A DNA stretch of 64,000 nt from Thermoplasmata archaeon (GTDB lineage: Archaea; Thermoplasmatota; Thermoplasmata; Lutacidiplasmatales; UBA184). The DNA is taken from contig JAKIVR010000001.1 in the NCBI GenBank assembly GCA_022750455.1, positions 26,270-90,269 of the forward strand. Reading direction: 5' to 3'. A model generated the notes under the pieces. That model made no database searches and was not told where the DNA came from. It saw only the letters and a list, made by a program, of their open reading frames with translations. Within the stretch, counting starts at the first letter, position 1; each line of letters begins with the position of its first letter. The position numbers and the translations under genes are program-made. Positions 56,147-64,000 of the stretch are shown piece after piece.

Positions 56147-56366
56147 GGGTCGGCTTCGTCGGGCGTGAGCTACCGGCTCACGGGTCGACGGCAAAATGGG
56201 GAACTATTATGTACCCCGGTTTCCGTGACCCGAACAAGGAATCCCAGACCCGCCCCCTTCGAGCTGCCCCCGCCAACAGTTGTTGACGAGTTTTGTTCGA
56301 TTCGTGCACAGGTCGAACGATTCCCCGCGAAACAACGCAAAACCGACCAACAGAGAGAAAACGACC

Positions 56367-56918
56367 ATGGTAGACAAACCCCTGACCAAACTGCGCGACC
56401 TAACGCCGAGCTCGAAACAAGTGAACGTCCACGCGAAGGTGGTGAACGTTGGAGAAGGTAAGGAAGTGATGGGAAAGTACGGTGACCCGCGAAAGGTCGC
56501 TGAGGCGATCATCGCCGACGACACCGCCCAGATCATCCTGTCGCTCTGGAACGAACAGATCGGACAGATCGCGAAGGACGATGTCATCCTGATCGACAAC
56601 GGATACGTCTCCCTCGTCCGCGGACACATGCGACTCAACGTGGGCCGGTACGGCTCCATGGCCAAGTCGCCTGACCCGATCGCCGAGGTCAACTCGACGC
56701 TGGACATGAGCCAGCAAGAGTTTGAGTCCGAGCGCCGCTCCTTCGGAGGCGGCGGTGGCGGCGGCGGCTACCGCGGCGGAGGCCGGGGTGGCGGCGGCGG
56801 CGGCTACGGCGGCGGTGGTGGCGGTGGCGGCTATGGTGGCGGCAACCGCGACGGTGGCGGCAGTGGTGGGGGCGGCGGCGGCGGAAGCCGCGAGCGCTCC
56901 GACTACAAGCGCTACTAA
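56367..56918 (+). CDS. ssb: Single-OB-fold ssDNA-binding protein (crenarchaeal-type SSB) with a Gly-rich RGG/YGG C-terminal tail
   Basis: The OB domain VNVHAKVVNVGEGKEVMGKYGDPRKVAEAIIADDTAQIILSLWNEQIGQIAKDDVILIDNGYVSLVRGHMRLNVGRYGSM follows the Sulfolobus SSB pattern. The tail is GGGGGGGYRGGGRGGGGGGYGGGGGGGGYGGGNRDGGGSGGGGGGGS. The start is an ATG 29 codons into the track ORF. Confidence 0.7.
   Translation: MVDKPLTKLRDLTPSSKQVNVHAKVVNVGEGKEVMGKYGDPRKVAEAIIADDTAQIILSLWNEQIGQIAKDDVILIDNGYVSLVRGHMRLNVGRYGSMAKSPDPIAEVNSTLDMSQQEFESERRSFGGGGGGGGYRGGGRGGGGGGYGGGGGGGGYGGGNRDGGGSGGGGGGGSRERSDYKRY
56751..56890 (+). repeat. Low-complexity GGC/GGT repeat tract encoding the Gly-rich SSB tail
   Basis: ggcggcggtggcggcggc... 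repeated. Confidence 0.7.
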
Positions 56919-56930
56919 GTGACAACCTTG

Positions 56931-56966
56931 GGCAGGGACTTCGGTCCCTGCCCTCCTTTCTTTTTT
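56931..56966 (+). terminator. Hairpin GGCAGGGAC-TTCG-GTCCCTGCC followed by a CTCCTTTCTTTTTTCGG T-run, downstream of ssb
   Basis: A perfect 9-bp stem with a tetraloop and an oligo-T tract lies in the 65-bp gap between the convergent ssb and carB. Confidence 0.6.
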
Positions 56967-56983
56967 CGGACGATCGGATCGGA

Positions 56984-59900
56984 CTAGCTTCGGCGCCGCC
57001 GTCCGCGCGCGCCGGACTTCGGCCGGGATCCCATCGGCACCGGCGTCGGGGTCCGGGCGGGCTTCGGTCCGGTCTCTGGCGTCCCGTACAGCGCGTCGAC
57101 CGTCACGGGATGCTGCTCCAGCCAATGGAGCCCCTCGACGTACGCGTCGAACGACTCGAGGCTCGTGAACAGGGGAACGCCGAGCTCCACGGCCCGTCGC
57201 CGGATGGTGTACTCATCCTCGAGCATCCGCTCGAACTTCTCCTGCGTGAGCGAGAGCGGCACGTTCAGGATGAGGTCGATCCGGCCACTGTCGAGCGCCT
57301 CCTGGACGTTCGGGTGGCGGTCGGGCTCGGAGATCTTGTGGAGCACCTCGACCCCCCGGAAACCCCGGGCCACGAGGTACGCGGCCGTGTCCTCGGTGGC
57401 GGCGAGCTTGAAGTCGAGGGCGACGAGCCGCTCCGCGGTCGGCACGAGTGCCGCCTTCAGCTCCTGACCGCCCACGGAGAGCATCGCGCGTCCGCCGCGG
57501 GGGACGAGACGCACGCCCGTCGCCACGAGCGCCTTCACCAGCGCGTCCGCAAAGGTCGGGCCGAAGCAGGCGACCTCGCCGGTCGACTGCATCTCGACGC
57601 CGAGGAGCGGGTCCGATCCGGAGACCTGTAGGAACGAGAACTGGGGGACCTTGACGCCCCACCGGCCAGGCGGCAGCGGCGCGACCCCCTTGCGCCCGAG
57701 AGGACGGCCGAGCATCGCCCTCGCCGCCTCACGGAGCAGCGGGAGTCCGGTCGCCTTCGTGAGGAACGGGAGGGAGCGGCTCGCCCGCAGATTCAGCTCG
57801 ATGATCTGGTACGCGCCGTCCTTGACGAGGAACTGAATGTTGAATGGACCGCGGATCTGCAGCTCCTTCGCGAGGCGCTCGGCGACGGAGATCAAAGCGC
57901 GCTGGACCGTGAACGGTGTGTGGCGCGGCGGCAGGCAGAAGATCGCGTCGCCGGAGTGGATCCCGGCGCGTTCGACGTGCTCGAGGATGCCCGCGATGAG
58001 CACGCTCTTGCCGTCGGAGATCCCATCGAGCTCGACCTCGTCGGCGCCCTCGACGAACTTGGAGATCACGACCGGGTACTCGGGGGATAGGCGTGCGGCC
58101 TCGGTCAGGAACCGTACGAGGTCGGAGCGGCCCCAGATGACCCGCATCGCCTGGCCGCTCAGCACGTACGACGGCCGCACGAGGACCGGGTAGCCCACGG
58201 TGTCGGCGAACGCCTCCGCCTCCTGCTCGCTGGTGAACGCCTGCCACGCCGGTTGCGGGATGTGCAGCTTCTCTAGCAAACGGGCGAACAGGGACCGGTT
58301 CTCGGCCGTGTCGATGGAACTGGAGGCGGTCCCGAGGATCGGGATGCCGCAGGCCGAGAGGAGCGGTGTCAGATTCTGGGCGAGCTGGCTCCCCACGCAG
58401 GTGACGACGCCGCCGAACTTCTCGAAGTCCATGATGTCGCGGACGCGCTCGAGCGTGATCTCCTCGAAGTAGAGGCGGTCCGAGCGGTCGTAGTCCGTCG
58501 AGACCGTCTCGGGGTTCGAATTGAGGAGCGCGACGCGGGGCACCCCTTCGGCGCGCAGCCCGTCCACGAGGTTCATCGTCGACCAGTCGAACTCGACGCT
58601 CGAGCCGATCCGGTACGGTCCCGCTCCGAGGACGAGCACGCTTCCCACCGGCGACGGGGTCACGTCGTCGGCGTCGGCGCGGTAGGTGAAGTAGAGGTAG
58701 TTCGTCTTCGCGGGCCATTCGCCGGCGAGCGTATCGATCATCCGGATGCGGGGCCGGATGCCGAGCTCGAGACGGTGCTGCCGTACCATCTCCTCGTCCT
58801 GACGGAGCGCCCGGGCGATCGCCCGGTCCGACAGTCCGTTCTCCTTCGCCGTGCGGAGGAGCTGAGGGGAGGCGACCTTTCCGGTCGAGGCGCAACGCAT
58901 CAGCTCCCTCTCGACCCGCTCGATGTCCGCGAGCCCGTCCAGGAACCATCGGTCGATCCAGGTGCGCTTCGCGAGATCGTCGAGGGTCGCTCCCGCGCGG
59001 ATCGCCTCGAGCAGCTGGATCAGGATCTCCGGCCGCATCGGGAGGAGACCGTCCAGGACTTCCGGTAGGGGGCGCGCCTCCGGGGGGGGGATCAGGTCCG
59101 ACCGGGGGTCGACCATCCGTACGGCCTTGCTCAGCGCCTCGGGGAACGACGCGCCGATCCCCATCACTTCGCCGACGCTCTTCATCGACGGACCGAGGTC
59201 GGTGTTCGCCCGGGCGAACTTGGCGAGGTCCCAGCGGGGGAGCTTGACGACCACGTAATCCAACGCCGGCTCGAAGCAGGCGGTGGTGACCCCGGTGATC
59301 CGATTCTTCAGTTCGGGCAACGTGTACCCGAGGGCCAATTTCGCTGCGACGTACGCGAGGGGGTACCCCGTCGCCTTGCTCGCCAGCGCGCTCGATCGCG
59401 AGAGACGGGCGTTGATCTCGATCGCGTAGTAATCGTCCGTCTTCGGATCGAGCGCGAACTGGATGTTGCACTCCCCGACGATGCCGACGACCTCGGCGGC
59501 GCGCAGCGCGGCCTGGCGAAGCATCTGGTACTCGTGGTCGTCGAGGGTCTGCGAGGGAGCGATGACGACGTTGTCACCGGTATGCACCCGCATCCCGAGG
59601 ACGTTCTCCATGTTGCAGACGGTGATCGTCGTCCCGAGCCGGTCCCGAACGATCTCGTACTCGATCTGTTTGTACTCCCCGACGTACCGTTCGAGGAGCA
59701 CCTGGCCCACGGGGGAGAGCCGGAGGCCCCGGCTCACGACCTCCTCCAGATGCGCCGGGTCGCCGACGTACCCTCCGCCCTTCCCGCCGAGGGTGTAGGC
59801 GACGCGGACCATCACCGGATATCCGAGCTCGGCGACGGCGCTGCGCGCCTCCTCCAGGGAGTAGACGGCGCGCGCTTGGAGGACCGGGACCTTCGCCTTG

Positions 59901-60307
59901 CGCATGAGGGAGATGAACTTCGCCCGGTCCTCGGTCCCACGGATCCCGGAGAGCGGGGTCCCGAGCACCTCCGTCTGGCAGCGCTTCAGGACGCCTTGAT
60001 CGGCGAGCGCGATGCCGCAGTTCAGCGCCGTCTGGCCGCCGAAGCTGAGCATGAGGCCGTCCGGGCGCTCCGCCTCCAGGATCGGGGTGACGAACTCGGG
60101 GACGAGCGGCTGCAGGTAGACCCGGCCGTGCCGCGGCGGGTCGGTCTGCAACGTCGCGATGTTCGGGTTGACCACGACGGCGTAGATCCCCTCCTCCTCG
60201 AGCGCCTTCAGGCATTGGCTGCCGGAGTAGTCGAACTCGCCCGCCTCCCCGATCTTCAGCGCGCCGCTGCCGAGCAGGAGCACCTTGTCGAACTTGCGCG
60301 GACTCAC
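56984..60307 (-). CDS. carB: Carbamoyl-phosphate synthase large subunit
   Basis: MSPRKFDKVLLLGSGALKIGEAGEFDYSGSQ..., duplicated ATP-grasp halves and an MGS-like C-terminus. 1107 aa. Confidence 0.9.
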   Translation of the reverse strand: MSPRKFDKVLLLGSGALKIGEAGEFDYSGSQCLKALEEEGIYAVVVNPNIATLQTDPPRHGRVYLQPLVPEFVTPILEAERPDGLMLSFGGQTALNCGIALADQGVLKRCQTEVLGTPLSGIRGTEDRAKFISLMRKAKVPVLQARAVYSLEEARSAVAELGYPVMVRVAYTLGGKGGGYVGDPAHLEEVVSRGLRLSPVGQVLLERYVGEYKQIEYEIVRDRLGTTITVCNMENVLGMRVHTGDNVVIAPSQTLDDHEYQMLRQAALRAAEVVGIVGECNIQFALDPKTDDYYAIEINARLSRSSALASKATGYPLAYVAAKLALGYTLPELKNRITGVTTACFEPALDYVVVKLPRWDLAKFARANTDLGPSMKSVGEVMGIGASFPEALSKAVRMVDPRSDLIPPPEARPLPEVLDGLLPMRPEILIQLLEAIRAGATLDDLAKRTWIDRWFLDGLADIERVERELMRCASTGKVASPQLLRTAKENGLSDRAIARALRQDEEMVRQHRLELGIRPRIRMIDTLAGEWPAKTNYLYFTYRADADDVTPSPVGSVLVLGAGPYRIGSSVEFDWSTMNLVDGLRAEGVPRVALLNSNPETVSTDYDRSDRLYFEEITLERVRDIMDFEKFGGVVTCVGSQLAQNLTPLLSACGIPILGTASSSIDTAENRSLFARLLEKLHIPQPAWQAFTSEQEAEAFADTVGYPVLVRPSYVLSGQAMRVIWGRSDLVRFLTEAARLSPEYPVVISKFVEGADEVELDGISDGKSVLIAGILEHVERAGIHSGDAIFCLPPRHTPFTVQRALISVAERLAKELQIRGPFNIQFLVKDGAYQIIELNLRASRSLPFLTKATGLPLLREAARAMLGRPLGRKGVAPLPPGRWGVKVPQFSFLQVSGSDPLLGVEMQSTGEVACFGPTFADALVKALVATGVRLVPRGGRAMLSVGGQELKAALVPTAERLVALDFKLAATEDTAAYLVARGFRGVEVLHKISEPDRHPNVQEALDSGRIDLILNVPLSLTQEKFERMLEDEYTIRRRAVELGVPLFTSLESFDAYVEGLHWLEQHPVTVDALYGTPETGPKPARTPTPVPMGSRPKSGARGRRRRS

Positions 60308-61527
60308 GCTGCCCTCCGTCGGAGCTTGGCGGCGAATTCGTCGAACACGAAACCGGCCTCTTGCGGACCGGGGTGGCCTTCCGGGTGTCCCTGCAGCGCG
60401 ATCGTGCGGCCTCCCGAATCGCGGAGCGCTTCCACCGTACCGTCATCCGGATTGACCGCCCACGGTTTCAGATCGGTCCGCTTGAGCGACTTCGGATCGA
60501 CCGCGTAGCCGTGATTCTCGCTCGCGATCAGCGCCGTGCGGTCGGTGAAGACGACGGTCTTGTTCTGCCCGCGGTGTCCGTACTTCATCTTGTACGTCTT
60601 CCCGCCGCGGGACAAGGCGAGGAGCTGCTGTCCGAGGCAGATCCCGAGCGTTGGCAGGGCCCGGCGCCGGGCGTCGCGCAGCGCTTCGATCGCCGCTCCG
60701 AGCTCCGCCGGATCGCCCGGTCCGTTCCCCACCAGGAGCCCCGCCACGCGGCGCCCCTCCCACTTCTCGGGGATCTCCGCGTCGAACGGTAACCGGAGGA
60801 CGGCGATCTTCCGGGTCAGCAGGGATCGAATGATGCTCGTCTTCACCCCGCAGTCGGGGAGCGCGACGAGCGGGTCCCGGCGCGCCCCGTACACGTGCGC
60901 GACCTTCGGGGAGACCTGCGCCATGTAGTCCTCATCGGCGTATTTCGGGGCCGTGCGCAGCAGGGCGCGGAGGGCGCCGGTCGTGGGACGCTCCTCGCCG
61001 GGCTCCGAGACGGCGAGTACCCCTCGAACGACCCCTTCGGCCCGGAGATGCTCGGTCAGGCGCCTCGTGTCGATCCCGACCACGCCCGGGACGTGACTCT
61101 CGGTCAGCCACGTGTCGAGGCTCTCGTGACTCTTCCAATGATTCGCCGAGGTCACCCCTCGGACCACGAGCCCCCGGACCTGGATCTCCTCCGATTCCAG
61201 GAACGTCGGGAGGCCGTACCGGTCGCGGGCGGCGGGGGACGGGACCCCGTAGTTCCCGAGCAACGGGTAGGTGAACGTCAGGATCTGGCCGCGGAACGAC
61301 GGGTCCGTTAGCGATTCCGGGTACCCGACCATGCCGGTGGTGAAGACCACCTCGCCGACCCGGGTCGTCCCGGCGCCGATCCCCCGACCTTCCCAACGGC
61401 TCCCGTCTTCAAGAAAAAGAGTCCCCCATCGGGCGGGAGATTTCGGGTCTTCGCGAGGCAACGTAGACGACCCGAAAGCGCGCACAATGCGACCTCGGCT
61501 TAACGCTTGCCTCGGGATTTCTGTCAA
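60304..61527 (-). CDS. carA: Carbamoyl-phosphate synthase small subunit (glutamine amidotransferase)
   Basis: LFLEDGSRWEGRGIGAG... and the GATase catalytic LGICLGQQLL. It overlaps the carB start by 4 nt; the first ~30 aa may be an extension. Confidence 0.85.
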   Translation of the reverse strand: MTEIPRQALSRGRIVRAFGSSTLPREDPKSPARWGTLFLEDGSRWEGRGIGAGTTRVGEVVFTTGMVGYPESLTDPSFRGQILTFTYPLLGNYGVPSPAARDRYGLPTFLESEEIQVRGLVVRGVTSANHWKSHESLDTWLTESHVPGVVGIDTRRLTEHLRAEGVVRGVLAVSEPGEERPTTGALRALLRTAPKYADEDYMAQVSPKVAHVYGARRDPLVALPDCGVKTSIIRSLLTRKIAVLRLPFDAEIPEKWEGRRVAGLLVGNGPGDPAELGAAIEALRDARRRALPTLGICLGQQLLALSRGGKTYKMKYGHRGQNKTVVFTDRTALIASENHGYAVDPKSLKRTDLKPWAVNPDDGTVEALRDSGGRTIALQGHPEGHPGPQEAGFVFDEFAAKLRRRAA

Positions 61528-61594
61528 ACTGCCCGCTCGGTCGTGGCGTCACGGAAGCCGGAGCGTAAAGTGCCCGGCGCCGCTAGGAGGATCC

Positions 61595-62614
61595 ATGGCC
61601 GGGTTCCCCCGATTGAGACCGCGGTACGACGTGACCGTCCTCGGGGGCGGGCACGCCGGGCTCCAGGCCGGATTGAAGGTCGCCCTCCTCCACCACACCG
61701 CCGCGATCGTCGACCGGGGGCCGAAGTTCGGCCGGTCGTTCTACGCGCCCCACATGGCGAACATTCCCGGGTTCCCCGAGGGGATCAGCGGCCACAAGCT
61801 CCTCGACACGCAGATCGCCGCGGTCAAGCGCCAGGCGGATCGGATCAGCTATCTGACGCCGGCCCGGGCGGTGAAGGCGACTCGGAACGACGCCGGCTTC
61901 GAGGTCACGTTCGAGTGGCTTGGGGCGACGCACACCGTCGGCAGCTCCGCGCTCATCCTCGCCCTCGGCGTCGTCGACCGCATCCCCGTGGTCGCCGGCG
62001 AGATCAAGTCGATCTTCCCCTGGGCGAACGCCGCCATCGTCGACTTCTGTCTCTTCTGCGACGGCCATGACCTCACCGGGCGGACGGTCGGCGTGATGGG
62101 CGACGACGCGTTCGCCGCCCGTCTCGCCCTCGATATCCTGGAGTTCGAGCCGACGTCGGTGGAGCTCCTCACCCACGGACATCCCCTGCTCGGCACGACG
62201 CCCGAACCCGAGCAGAGCTCGCTCCGCCGACAGCTCGAGAAGAATGGAGTGACCGTCTACGAGAGCGAGATGACCGGCTTCGATGGGATCCGGGAGAAGC
62301 GCTGGATCGTCCGGTTCGCCGACGGCACCCGCCGAGAGTACGAGCGGGGCTTTTCGGGGCTCGGGTGGTTCGAGATGAACTCCGCCCTTCCCCGTTCGCT
62401 CGGGGCCCGCTTCGATCCGGACGGGTACGTCGTGACGGACGAAGATTGCCGGGTCCTCGCCGAGGACGGCGGGGCCCCGATCCCCGGTCTGTACGCCGTG
62501 GGCGACCTCCGCAACGGGTGGAACCAGATCCCCGAGGCGTGGGCGACGGCCGAGCGCGCCGCCATCCATGCGTACGCCGAATATCTTCCCGGTCGGCCCC
62601 GGGCGCCCCTCTAA
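61595..62614 (+). CDS. Thioredoxin-reductase-like FAD/NAD(P)-dependent pyridine nucleotide-disulfide oxidoreductase
   Basis: YDVTVLGGGHAGLQAG (FAD GxGxxG), the redox-active CLFCDG, and YAVGD are present. A perfect AGGAGG lies 6 nt upstream of the ATG, which is M109 of the track ORF. Confidence 0.7.
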   Translation: MAGFPRLRPRYDVTVLGGGHAGLQAGLKVALLHHTAAIVDRGPKFGRSFYAPHMANIPGFPEGISGHKLLDTQIAAVKRQADRISYLTPARAVKATRNDAGFEVTFEWLGATHTVGSSALILALGVVDRIPVVAGEIKSIFPWANAAIVDFCLFCDGHDLTGRTVGVMGDDAFAARLALDILEFEPTSVELLTHGHPLLGTTPEPEQSSLRRQLEKNGVTVYESEMTGFDGIREKRWIVRFADGTRREYERGFSGLGWFEMNSALPRSLGARFDPDGYVVTDEDCRVLAEDGGAPIPGLYAVGDLRNGWNQIPEAWATAERAAIHAYAEYLPGRPRAPL

Positions 62615-63342
62615 CGCGAGCCGACCATCGGGGCGGCCACGCCGAGGTGGCGCGCGACCTCCGCGAGGTCCCGTGCGATCGCGTTGGCCCCCGCGGCCCG
62701 GAACCGTTCGACCTCGGTGCCGAGGACGCTCGGCGTCTCGGTGAGGACTCCGTAGAACCGGACGCCCGCGGCGCTCGCACACTGCGCGTCCATCGGATGA
62801 TCCCCCACGTACGCCGCCCGGTGCGGTTGGACCCCAAGGGCCCGGAGCACGCGCCGCATCGATTCGGGATCCGGCTTCACCGGCCCGACGTCGGTCCGAG
62901 TGCCCATCGCCTCGATGTACGGGAGGAGGTGCGCGTTCTGGAGCGCCTGGCGCGCGTACACGGCGGACGAGCGGGTCAAGAGGCCGATCCGGAAACCCCG
63001 TTCCTTCAGCGCCTGGAGGAGCTCCAAGGCGCCGGCGCGCGCTCGCGTCTGGGGCAGCGTCGCCAGCTCCATCTCGTCGAGGCGCTGGTTGACGGCCGCC
63101 TCGAACCGGTACCGGTCGGTCGCCGGCCGTCCCAGCCGATCCATCGATCCCCCGGCATCCTTGAGGAGACCGGCGATCGTGCGATGGAGATCGAGATCGC
63201 TCGGTGGCACCCCGTACGACATCGCGATCTTCGCGACCTCCCGGCGCATCTCTCCGTACGGGTGGGGGCTGAGGACGAGGGTCCCGTCCAGGTCGAAGAT
63301 CACCCCGAGGAGCGGGTCATGGTACTTCGGGTCCACAGGCAC
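62611..63342 (-). CDS. HAD-superfamily hydrolase
   Basis: VIFDLDGTLV (HAD motif I), then LLTRS, then ...YVGDHPMDAQCASAAGV (motif IV). GTG start with an AATCTTTAACGG TATA-like element about 30 nt upstream. Confidence 0.65.
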   Translation of the reverse strand: MPVDPKYHDPLLGVIFDLDGTLVLSPHPYGEMRREVAKIAMSYGVPPSDLDLHRTIAGLLKDAGGSMDRLGRPATDRYRFEAAVNQRLDEMELATLPQTRARAGALELLQALKERGFRIGLLTRSSAVYARQALQNAHLLPYIEAMGTRTDVGPVKPDPESMRRVLRALGVQPHRAAYVGDHPMDAQCASAAGVRFYGVLTETPSVLGTEVERFRAAGANAIARDLAEVARHLGVAAPMVGSR

Positions 63343-63429
63343 CCTACGGGCACCGGGCGACCTTCCGCCCGTTAAAGATTCGTGCGGAGTGGAATCCCGG
63401 TCGCCACCCCCGGTCCGGGCGAAGTTCTC

Positions 63430-64000
63430 ATGCCGGTCGACGCCTCCCGGCCGGTGATGCCGGACGGGTCGCTCCAGTCCCTGCCGATGGTCCGGCCCGA
63501 CAAGATGTGCCGGCCGGAGCTCCTGACCCATCCGTTGCGGCGCTGGCTCGCCCCGGCCCGACGCGAAGTGGATCTCCTCGATCCCCAGCCGGGCGAGCGC
63601 ATCGTCGACCTCGGAGCCTCCGTTGGGTACTTCGATGACGAGATCCTCGAGCGGATCGGCCCGACCGGCTCGCTCGACCTCGTGGACATCGACGGGGAGA
63701 ACTTGGCGTTGTACCGCTCCCGGCGGAGCCCCGATCTCCGGGTCCGATACTGGACGACCTCGGCCGCCCACCTCGACGCCATCCCGACCGGAGAGGTCGA
63801 CCAGGTCCTGGCCAGCCTGGTCCTCTGTTGTCTCGGGGACAAGGAGGGTACGTTGGAGCAGGCGTGGCGCCTCCTTCGACCGGGAGGGCGGATCCTGGTG
63901 ACGTACCCGCGTCTCGGAGCCGGTCCGCTTCGCATGCGCCGCTCCCGGTGGGCCTCGTTGATGGCGAGGCATCCGTGGCAGGCACGTCCGGTCGTCCGGG
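63430..64000 (+). CDS. Class I SAM-dependent methyltransferase, partial; runs off the window end
   Basis: MPVDASRPVMPDGS... VDLGASVGYF (motif I) ... LLRPGGRILV (post-II). Absent from the track because it is truncated by the window end. Confidence 0.55.
   Translation, partial: MPVDASRPVMPDGSLQSLPMVRPDKMCRPELLTHPLRRWLAPARREVDLLDPQPGERIVDLGASVGYFDDEILERIGPTGSLDLVDIDGENLALYRSRRSPDLRVRYWTTSAAHLDAIPTGEVDQVLASLVLCCLGDKEGTLEQAWRLLRPGGRILVTYPRLGAGPLRMRRSRWASLMARHPWQARPVVR

Noticed and set aside
54056-56194. 712-aa minus-strand ORF
   Set aside because: Antisense to trpS and the SCP2-like gene.
56290-56340. tRNA-like T-loop sequence (GTTCGATTC) in the ssb upstream region
   Set aside because: No flanking complementary T-stem or acceptor stem could be formed; no tRNA was found anywhere in the window.
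1-64000. CRISPR arrays, transposases, integrases or other mobile elements
   Set aside because: No direct-repeat/spacer periodicity and no recognisable transposase, integrase, restriction or Cas motifs appear in any frame.

Overview
This is a high-GC (about 70%), gene-dense chromosomal segment with no rRNA, tRNA, CRISPR or recognisable mobile element. It is most likely from an archaeon: it carries an A1AO ATP synthase, an Sm-L37e pair, rps15 with a GTG start, archaeal-type TrpRS, PurP, class II RNR with a C-terminal zinc ribbon, PolX, and gyrA. The lineage (possibly Thermoplasmatota-like or another high-GC euryarchaeote) cannot be fixed from sequence alone. I support roughly 60 protein genes by reading the translations for recognisable motifs.

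Main content:
- A complete A1AO ATP synthase cluster, but split into two convergent blocks: atpK-E-C on the plus strand and atpF-A-B-D-H-I on the minus strand.
- A tightly overlapping purP-gcvT-nadC-nadA run.
- nrdJ, carAB, gyrA preceded by a RecJ-like DHH gene and rps15, trpS, hutI, RNase Z, and a folP-like gene.
- Several DNA-repair genes: PolX, an EndoIII-like Fe-S cluster protein, Mpg, and an AlkZ/YcaQ-like glycosylase.
- An SSB with a Gly-rich RGG/YGG tail.
- Three large secreted proteins: two Kelch/PKD proteins and a heavily N-sequon-rich beta-helix protein.

Notable oddities:
- Two apparent 1-nt frameshifts, both in G homopolymer runs: one disrupts a small zinc-ribbon gene downstream of gyrA, the other separates the signal peptide of a 1,400-aa Kelch protein from its body.
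- A tandem pair of uncharacterised paralogous genes, each with a winged-helix N-terminus and a novel C-terminal domain.
- A low-GC, Lys-rich small gene with an internal duplication and a strong hairpin terminator.
- A recurring AACCGTTAAG-like promoter element about 25-32 nt upstream of nadA, Sm-L37e and rps15 starts, overlapping the upstream stop codon in two of three cases.

Because of the GC content the six-frame track is full of long spurious ORFs, which I rejected. The track appears to render GTG/TTG starts as M. Coordinates follow the ORF track where possible; starts I moved inside an ORF may be off by a few nucleotides.
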